From a virus, in IMG/VR virus record IMGVR_UViG_3300037961_006825, positions 1-64,000 of that record: a stretch of DNA of 64,000 bases; one strand, 5' to 3'. Below the pieces are notes generated by a model. It was not told where the DNA came from. It saw nothing but the letters and a program-made list of their open reading frames with translations, and did not search any database. The position numbers and the translations under genes were made by a program. Position 1 is the stretch's first letter, and each line of letters starts with the position of its first letter. This document shows positions 58,201 through 64,000 of this stretch, piece by piece.

Positions 58201-58334
58201 GATTCACCAAAGAACATGTTACCTTCATTTAAATTAGCTACGTTACTTATAAAATTGAAAAAATCCCCTTCTGTGGGTACTTTTCCGGTAAGAAACAATG
58301 CTGATAAATTGTTGCGAGTATAAGTGGTGCTCAT
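55293..58334 (-). CDS. repeat-rich tail fibre/adhesin-like protein
   Basis: 32-aa tandem repeats, many GGxxN beta-solenoid repeats, C-terminal LPTSDP; TATAAATA at 58342-58349. Confidence 0.75.
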   Translation of the reverse strand: MSTTYTRNNLSALFLTGKVPTEGDFFNFISNVANLNEGNMFFGESVSVSLSNGQSVVTLLPEAVTVSGGNTNDFGNVVLSGGSLQTDNVTISSNTVVISGGNTNDFGNVVLSGGSLQTDNVTVSSNTVVISGGNTNDFGNVVLSGGALKTDGVTISSFCVVVSADGFSNAGNVVLSGGALQTDNVTVSSNTIFVSGGNTNNFGNVVLSGGALQTDNVTISSNTVIVSGGNNNDFGNVILSGGSLQTDLVTISSNNVFISGGNSGIGNVTLSGGSLQTDFVTISSNTVIVSGGNTGGNDVFLSGGNLGFGDSTSGTASANIGIDLTDPGTVVVTSPSGTTATVVVSGDGTSGSTTISGGELVVGSDTNTINVSAYPGLSGGESGASIVGGQNNTIHASGGNIGGGTFNVIASAGADGTIVGGVSGVVDAPDGTIISGVSGTIFGGPDTCGGTIAGGKCNSISGQDSFIGGGINNTSRGDYTFIGGGTGNIMCGTRGLIGVFPRATGNAIVAGCSNEICSGHFNFIGSGYNNMVKGYNGASTVASGIRNCIYGDVSFIGGGFDNCIGSTNTILDGACTSNYGNTIGGGFANKICNSDNCNIEYSFIGGGKQNQIMATESTITGGLKNCITPIKCPPGGTYQMGTFNFMGGGECNIICGNSNAILVGCKNEIYSVIDGPGQDVVNDSIIGAGFTNYIAASGSFIGGGRGNQILSGAFNGTIVNAISGIITDGATDSAILAGRGNTIGQRGIANGEHSIILGGFNNTVKGNCGLIGNGSNNIVGVSAGDSFNVVINGKDNSAFGNHSVIVGGSSNVVASSGSTVLGGFFNRIDTIESKNSAILAGEFNNINTFGFNNAVLAGSFNTANGQDNVVLGGIQNQTCLARGQVASGGFNCLGEASDYSSIIGGYCSSIGRGVGNGNTSYSTILGGFKNCIQDYINSSAVLGGKCNNILGSGSGGGGEHCNTVIAGGEHITSVSANMLHAQTLYLSAAALPTSDPGVPGVVYRDGATLKISV
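57405..58136 (-). repeat. ~7.5 copies of a 96-bp (32-aa) coding tandem repeat
   Basis: CCAAAATCGTTTGTATT recurs at 57919, 58015, 58111; unit SGGNTNDFGNVVLSGGSLQTDNVTISSNTVVI. Confidence 0.9.
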
Positions 58335-58362
58335 ATATCAATATTTATAGAATTTATGATAA

Positions 58363-59610
58363 TTATCCTACAAAGAAGAGTGGTGGATCTGCATCTCCTT
58401 GACCTGGAGTGCCTTCGTATAATTGTTGCTCTAAATCAGCTTTTTCTTGAAGACCTTCTTGCAATAGTCCATCGTTAAGCTGACCACCTCCAAATAATCC
58501 AGTACCTTGATATTTACCTCTTATTCTACCAACAACAATTTTAGTTAATGCTAATGAATATTGGTAAACCCAAAGCTCTTTAATGACGTCTCTTATAGGT
58601 CTTTCAACATAACAATCTAACACACCATAAAATCTAACTGTATTATTATTAGACCCTGGTTGAGGGTACATCCTTAATATTTGAGTACGTGGATCAAAGT
58701 CAAAAGTTCTTTCTATAGCTAATAATTTTTCTCTCGTCTCTAACCAATTTTTTAATGTATACCATGATACTAAATCAAATCCATAATTACCCATAGCATA
58801 ACTAAAATATGTCTGTTGAGCTAATGTTTGCTCAATTGTAAATAGTGTATTAATACCAGTTGTTGATCCTTCAGTAAAGTTTTTAACGTCTATAACTTTT
58901 CTATAATCCATTAGATCATAATCAAAACTGTTAACCATTTCCATTGAATAATTATTAGCATCATTTCTAACTTCACCAAGTAAGGTTACATCATGAGGTA
59001 CCGGTGCTTGGAAAAATCCTGTTAATATAACTGTATTAGATGACCCTATTTCGAAAGTTAAACCTAAAACTGCATTACCTATTGTAGCAAATTCTGAAGA
59101 TTTTTCTACACTAATAAACTCTTGATACAATGGAGCAGGTATAATTTCATTTCTACTGATACCTCCGCTTAAGAACGTACCGCTTAAAGATGGTATTGAT
59201 TGAAATAAGGTACCGTCAATAGCTGATAAACACAAATAGTTTCTTGTTGAAGATAAATCGGTATATTTTGTAAAAGTAGGGTTAGTAATAGATCTTGTTT
59301 CAAGAAAACTCGATTCCTTTACATCAGTTGCATTTAATGAAAATAAAGTATCAAGTTTTATACCATAATTTTTACGATATAAATTACTATCAAATACAAG
59401 ATACTCTCTTGTATAACCTGCAAATTTAGTAAAATATTCAGTTGCTATACTTATATTTTCAAATAATTGATCTCTATGAATTTCAACATTTACTGTAGGA
59501 TAACCTAATGATCTAATTATCCTATCACCTAAACGATTAAATGAATCTATTCTATTATTCAGATTAGTACTCTGAAACCCTGATATTGGCGCTATAGTGC
59601 AAGTTGACAT
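58363..59610 (-). CDS. gp13: neck protein (gp13-like)
   Basis: RSLGYPTVNVEI..DQL, WVYQY.LAL.K, KYQG..GG..LN, PPLFFVG. Confidence 0.85.
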   Translation of the reverse strand: MSTCTIAPISGFQSTNLNNRIDSFNRLGDRIIRSLGYPTVNVEIHRDQLFENISIATEYFTKFAGYTREYLVFDSNLYRKNYGIKLDTLFSLNATDVKESSFLETRSITNPTFTKYTDLSSTRNYLCLSAIDGTLFQSIPSLSGTFLSGGISRNEIIPAPLYQEFISVEKSSEFATIGNAVLGLTFEIGSSNTVILTGFFQAPVPHDVTLLGEVRNDANNYSMEMVNSFDYDLMDYRKVIDVKNFTEGSTTGINTLFTIEQTLAQQTYFSYAMGNYGFDLVSWYTLKNWLETREKLLAIERTFDFDPRTQILRMYPQPGSNNNTVRFYGVLDCYVERPIRDVIKELWVYQYSLALTKIVVGRIRGKYQGTGLFGGGQLNDGLLQEGLQEKADLEQQLYEGTPGQGDADPPLFFVG

Positions 59611-59658
59611 ACATAATTATTTAATTAAAAAAGCGTTATCTTTCTATTAAATAATTAC

Positions 59659-60027
59659 ATGGCATATCCAATACCAAAATTATCAGATGCAGATGTACCT
59701 AATACGTACGTTAATAGAAATAAAAACTTTCAGTTTGCACAGTATGCAACGAATACAGCCTATACTGAATTATCAGCTATCGAATGTAGTGAAGCTACTA
59801 TTAAAAATTCTACCGGACAAACTTTAAATATTTTCGATGGATCACAATACGATAGGGGTTCAGATACTGAAATATATCAAGATTATAGAGCATTTGCATT
59901 AGACTCAAATGAAAGTATGGTTTTCAGAGGTATTACAAGTACAAGTCAATTAAGTGCAAGAACCGCTTCAGGTGCCGGAACGTTTTATGTTAGAACTGCA
60001 TTCTTTAGCAATTCAATCTCGACTTAA
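59659..60027 (+). CDS. hypothetical protein, probably virion
   Basis: 122 aa, S/T-rich, TAAATA upstream. Confidence 0.65.
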   Translation: MAYPIPKLSDADVPNTYVNRNKNFQFAQYATNTAYTELSAIECSEATIKNSTGQTLNIFDGSQYDRGSDTEIYQDYRAFALDSNESMVFRGITSTSQLSARTASGAGTFYVRTAFFSNSIST

Positions 60028-60030
60028 TAA

Positions 60031-61749
60031 TTAAGTAGCAGGTTCAATAGGAGCAACTTCTGGAGCTGCATCAGCCCCTAATTCAGCAGGACCACCACCA
60101 AAGTCTGGAGGTGTCTCAGGATCAGTAGGTAATCCAGGTTGAGCTCCGCCTTGTAAAGGAGCAGCTGCTTCTTGATCTCTCCAATCAGGACCACCAGCAC
60201 CAATTTGCTGTAACTCCCATTGAAATTCTGCATCCTTACGTAAAAATTCTCTATTAGCTTTTATTTCTTGATCAGACCAACCAAGATATTTTTTCTGTGC
60301 ATATGTATTAGAAACAAACTCACCAGCTGCTAATTGATTATAGTTTGCAACTTTAAGTTCTAATTTTTGATTTTCTCTTAATTCATAAAAATTAGTAGGT
60401 ACATTAAATTCAATATGAACATTATTAGGCTTAATATCAAATTCTTCATATAAACCTTTTAATTTTAAATGAGTTAAGAAACCATTTTTAAGACCAGAAG
60501 CAAATTGCTGTTGCATTCTAATAATAAATCTTGCAAATTTAAGCTCTTCTCTTAAAATTTCATTACCATCACTAAATTGACTATCAGGATTTAATCTATT
60601 AAGAGGTACTTTAAGAGCTTTATATAGCTTATTAACAAAATACATTAAGTCTGCTAACTCACCTAAATTACTACCTCCAGGTATCTGAGTTACTGATGTA
60701 CCTTCTGATCCAGCTCTTTTAGCAAACCAGAAAGAATCAAGCATAGACTGAGGATTAAATTTTTGAACTTGACCAGATTGATTAGTATCAAATGTTTTCT
60801 TACTCCAATACTCAGCAACTAACTTTCTAAGATAAGCTTCTGCTTTAGGTGGAGCCATATTACCAACATCAACGTTAAATACTAAACGTTCTGGAGCTCT
60901 TACAAGCCTATATATAACAATTGCATCTTCTACTAACGAAAGCTGACGATATGCTCTTCTTGCATTTTCAATAAAAGGTAGTCTAAATGCTTTATCTTGA
61001 TTCCATATACCTGAATTAACATATGTTACTTGATTTTCATCCATAGGAATGAAATCAAACTTCATAATTTTTTCAGGCTTATTAGGATCAAAAATAGGTT
61101 TACGAAGAATATAACCTTTTATAATCATATTCTGAATATTATCGTAAATAGGATCAATTAAATCTGCTGGTAAAATTACTGAGCCTAAAATTCCTTCTTT
61201 AACATGGCCACCGTGGATAATATGCTCAAAGTATACTTCACCTTCTATTAATAATTGTCTAAAATATTCAAAACCTTTTTTATCTAAATTAAAATAATCA
61301 ATATATCGATTAAATTCTTCTTGTAAAGTATCTGCTACATTTTCATCTATATCCATATTTCTAAGATATAAATTAACAACATTTCCTTTTTCATCTATAT
61401 TAATACACTCATCGCAAATTTCATCTAGTGCATCACTGATTTCAGAAAAAGCAGCCATGATTCTATAATCACGTAAACGACCGCCTTTGTTTTCTTCTAT
61501 ATTTGCATAAACTAACTTATTATAGTTTCCATCAACGCTAACATGTCCTGATGGATTACTATTAAAATCATTATTATAAAATATACTATTTTTTGCTAAA
61601 GCTTCAGTTCTATTCATTCCAACATCTTGAAATGAGCTATACTTTGGATTTAAGTCATTAATAACATTATTAAAATCTAAAGATTGATAAGGCAATTTAT
61701 TTGCTATATTCTTAAAGAAACCACCGCTTTGTTGTTTTTCGTCAGCCAT
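60031..61749 (-). CDS. gp20: portal protein (gp20-like)
   Basis: EDAIVIYRLVRAPERLVFNVDVGNM, LYKALKVP, EILREELKF. Confidence 0.96.
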   Translation of the reverse strand: MADEKQQSGGFFKNIANKLPYQSLDFNNVINDLNPKYSSFQDVGMNRTEALAKNSIFYNNDFNSNPSGHVSVDGNYNKLVYANIEENKGGRLRDYRIMAAFSEISDALDEICDECINIDEKGNVVNLYLRNMDIDENVADTLQEEFNRYIDYFNLDKKGFEYFRQLLIEGEVYFEHIIHGGHVKEGILGSVILPADLIDPIYDNIQNMIIKGYILRKPIFDPNKPEKIMKFDFIPMDENQVTYVNSGIWNQDKAFRLPFIENARRAYRQLSLVEDAIVIYRLVRAPERLVFNVDVGNMAPPKAEAYLRKLVAEYWSKKTFDTNQSGQVQKFNPQSMLDSFWFAKRAGSEGTSVTQIPGGSNLGELADLMYFVNKLYKALKVPLNRLNPDSQFSDGNEILREELKFARFIIRMQQQFASGLKNGFLTHLKLKGLYEEFDIKPNNVHIEFNVPTNFYELRENQKLELKVANYNQLAAGEFVSNTYAQKKYLGWSDQEIKANREFLRKDAEFQWELQQIGAGGPDWRDQEAAAPLQGGAQPGLPTDPETPPDFGGGPAELGADAAPEVAPIEPAT

Positions 61750-61762
61750 TGTAATTATTTAA

Positions 61763-62953
61763 TTAACTTTCTAAGATTATAAAGGTGTCGTTGCTACTAT
61801 AAGTTTGTGATGTTGTTGTTTTACTTGATATTGCATAACCTGCAGATAATGTATAAGGTACAAATTGTATAGTTGGATTATATGGTTGTGATGTATCTAA
61901 AGCGCTTAATTGAAATGATATTGTATTTGAATTTATTACTGTATAGTCTATAGGGTGACCGGTAATAGATTTACCACTATAATTATTATCGCTACCGCTA
62001 ACAAAATCTGTTATAGTAGATAGCTCTCTAGTAGAGGAATCAAAATATCGACCTGCATTAGTACTTAACAACATTCCATTAATTTTATCAAATCCTGTAC
62101 CATTTAATAAAACATTATGACTTGCTCCGTTAGCATCCATTCTTGCTAAATTTGGAATTGTAAAGTTATTCAATAATTGAATACCATTATAAAATATAGA
62201 TGTTATATCAGGTTTACCAGATACTGAAATATTTTCCGTATCATTATAATTATGAGCTGATAGAGTTGAGTAATTATCGTATGTTTCTAATAATCTTTCA
62301 TTATAAAAATTAGCATCAATTTTGAATATGTTACCTTCACCATCTGCTGTATCTTTAAATAACCAACCTTTAATAGTAAACGATGTATCAGCTGTTACTC
62401 TAGCTTTTTGAGAACCATTTGTTTCTACTGGATAATCTAAACTAACATCTCCTGACCATAATACTTCACTTCTTATTTCTTGATCTTTAGCTAAAGCAAA
62501 TTTTTCCGGAACTTTCCAAGATATAACTACATAAGGGTTACAAAAAGGAATAAAATTAGATAAAATCTGATCCATATCAGTTTGAAACTTAGTCATTATT
62601 GAACAACTGATATTAATATTAATAGGTACAGGAGCTTTAACTTTCCTTGATATTAAGTCTTGTTGAGGTAAAGCGGTACCTGCATAATGAAATCCGTCTA
62701 TCTTATTAAAAACTCTACTCGTATCTCTAGATATACCTGTTATGTTTATTGCAACTGCAGGTAATGTCATAGTTTTATTCAAATTGACTAAATCGTAAAG
62801 TACCCTCTGCTTAGGAGCATAAACATATCTTACATTTATTTTATCTTGCTCTTCTCTGGCTTTATTAAATCTACCAATAACAATGTCGTCAAACGCTGCA
62901 ACGAACTGCGTTATCATATCTTTAATTTCGAAATAAAAAGGTCGGGCTTTCAC
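61763..62953 (-). CDS. gp15: tail terminator/sheath stabiliser (gp15-like) with C-terminal extension
   Basis: F.DI.I.R, VRYVYAPKQ, LP, PVP.NI, DQIL..F.P, FTIKGWLF; GTG start. Confidence 0.8.
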   Translation of the reverse strand: MKARPFYFEIKDMITQFVAAFDDIVIGRFNKAREEQDKINVRYVYAPKQRVLYDLVNLNKTMTLPAVAINITGISRDTSRVFNKIDGFHYAGTALPQQDLISRKVKAPVPININISCSIMTKFQTDMDQILSNFIPFCNPYVVISWKVPEKFALAKDQEIRSEVLWSGDVSLDYPVETNGSQKARVTADTSFTIKGWLFKDTADGEGNIFKIDANFYNERLLETYDNYSTLSAHNYNDTENISVSGKPDITSIFYNGIQLLNNFTIPNLARMDANGASHNVLLNGTGFDKINGMLLSTNAGRYFDSSTRELSTITDFVSGSDNNYSGKSITGHPIDYTVINSNTISFQLSALDTSQPYNPTIQFVPYTLSAGYAISSKTTTSQTYSSNDTFIILES

Positions 62954-62957
62954 TTAA

Positions 62958-63458
62958 TTATTTATCCCAAGGAAACACCATCCAGTTGTCTGAATGAAAA
63001 CTATTTCCATAAAATCCATCATTGAATTTTGAATTATAACGTTTAACAAGAGCACAATAACGTATATCTTTTATTTTTTTAAGATGATTATTAAGATAGT
63101 AATTAATAGCTTTAAATGTATCACCTGAGTCATTAATATCATCTACTACTAATACTCTACCCCATACAGTCGGTTTTTGTATCATAGCAAATTTTTCTGT
63201 ATCAGATTTAAATCCCATATCAGATAAATTTTTAATTAATTGTTTAAGTGTCTTGTTATCTTTATGCCTAGTATTAATACCTAAATTTTGTAAATTATAA
63301 ACTCCTAATTTATAACTTAAGATAGTAGCAGGTATTAACCCACCTCTACCTAATCCTATTATAGTATCGAACTTAAAATCGTGCCAGCTTATTTCATCAA
63401 TTATACGCTCAATTAAAAAATCTACATCTGACCATTTAAGTATAGTATTATTAAGCAT
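62958..63458 (-). CDS. purine phosphoribosyltransferase-like
   Basis: GLGRGGLIPA, VLVVDDINDSGDT, WMVFPW. Confidence 0.85.
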   Translation of the reverse strand: MLNNTILKWSDVDFLIERIIDEISWHDFKFDTIIGLGRGGLIPATILSYKLGVYNLQNLGINTRHKDNKTLKQLIKNLSDMGFKSDTEKFAMIQKPTVWGRVLVVDDINDSGDTFKAINYYLNNHLKKIKDIRYCALVKRYNSKFNDGFYGNSFHSDNWMVFPWDK

Positions 63459-63495
63459 ATATTAATTATAATATATAAAAGATAGAAATCAAGAA

Positions 63496-63999
63496 TTATT
63501 CACCATACTTAAGATTTAGCTTTTTTCTTCTTTGTTTAGCTATAGTAATTTTTCTTTTATATTGAGGCTTATCCATTATTTCTAAAACTTGTTGTAAAGC
63601 TTTACATTTATGGATAAAAGCTGAGTCCTTTTCAACTACTCTATGGATTACTTTACCTACTCCAAATTCTGGATATTGAGAGGTTGGTTCAATAGCATCA
63701 ACCATTTCTTCCAAATCACTTTTTATATTTTTTTGTAAATGAACTAAGTCCGTTCTATATAACCCCACTACTATAATTTCTGGATTTTCTGGTGTTACTT
63801 TGCTTTGTTCTGAATCGTAAATATAACCGTACGTTTTTTTATCTTCTTGATCTGATATTCCTGCTGGCATATATGGTACTCCTGTTTTTTGCGCATATGC
63901 TGTTGGTATATTTCCTTTAGCATATCCTGTTTTACTTTCATCTGGTATATATTTTAAATTCTTTCTATCTTTCTGTTGATCATATCCAATAGCACTTTG
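63496..63999 (-). CDS. hypothetical protein, 5' end outside the window
   Basis: Frame stays open from 63870 to the window edge (QSAIGYDQQKDRK..). Confidence 0.65.
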   Translation of the reverse strand, partial: QSAIGYDQQKDRKNLKYIPDESKTGYAKGNIPTAYAQKTGVPYMPAGISDQEDKKTYGYIYDSEQSKVTPENPEIIVVGLYRTDLVHLQKNIKSDLEEMVDAIEPTSQYPEFGVGKVIHRVVEKDSAFIHKCKALQQVLEIMDKPQYKRKITIAKQRRKKLNLKYGE

Positions 64000-64000
64000 A

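Noticed and set aside
1-64000. tRNA, rRNA, integrase or transposase
   Set aside because: None recognised; intergenic gaps are short and accounted for

Overview
An AT-rich 64 kb segment of a large T4-like (myo)phage genome, densely coding, with no tRNA, rRNA, CRISPR array or transposase seen. The right third holds the structural core: gp15, portal gp20, gp13, gp4, protease gp21, scaffold gp22, major capsid gp23, a gp5-like hub/spike and two fibre-like proteins. The middle holds NrdA/NrdB, a DinG helicase, gp62-like and GroES-like genes, and a ~10 kb glycan-biosynthesis island that includes a NamH-like Rieske hydroxylase. Auxiliary genes include a split 7-deazaguanine pathway (folE2, queD, queE; tgt-like, kinase, queF), a speD/speD-like/speE polyamine operon, PhoH, SOD, ferredoxin and Hsp20. 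The most notable observations are: (1) a late-promoter operon joining curli-type secretion genes (CsgF, CsgG, curlin-like) to a FecR protein and an intact CHASE2 adenylate cyclase, a candidate phage trans-envelope signalling system; (2) a lipoprotein ORF overprinted in the +1 frame of a holin-like gene; (3) a glutamine (glnA-type) riboswitch ahead of a YRG-repeat peptide missed by the ORF track; (4) T4-like capsid-targeting leaders on SOD, Nudix and basic proteins; (5) a recurring GGAAC-N5-TATAAT promoter class. All family calls come from motif recognition by eye, with no database searches. A PVC/Verrucomicrobia host is a tentative inference.
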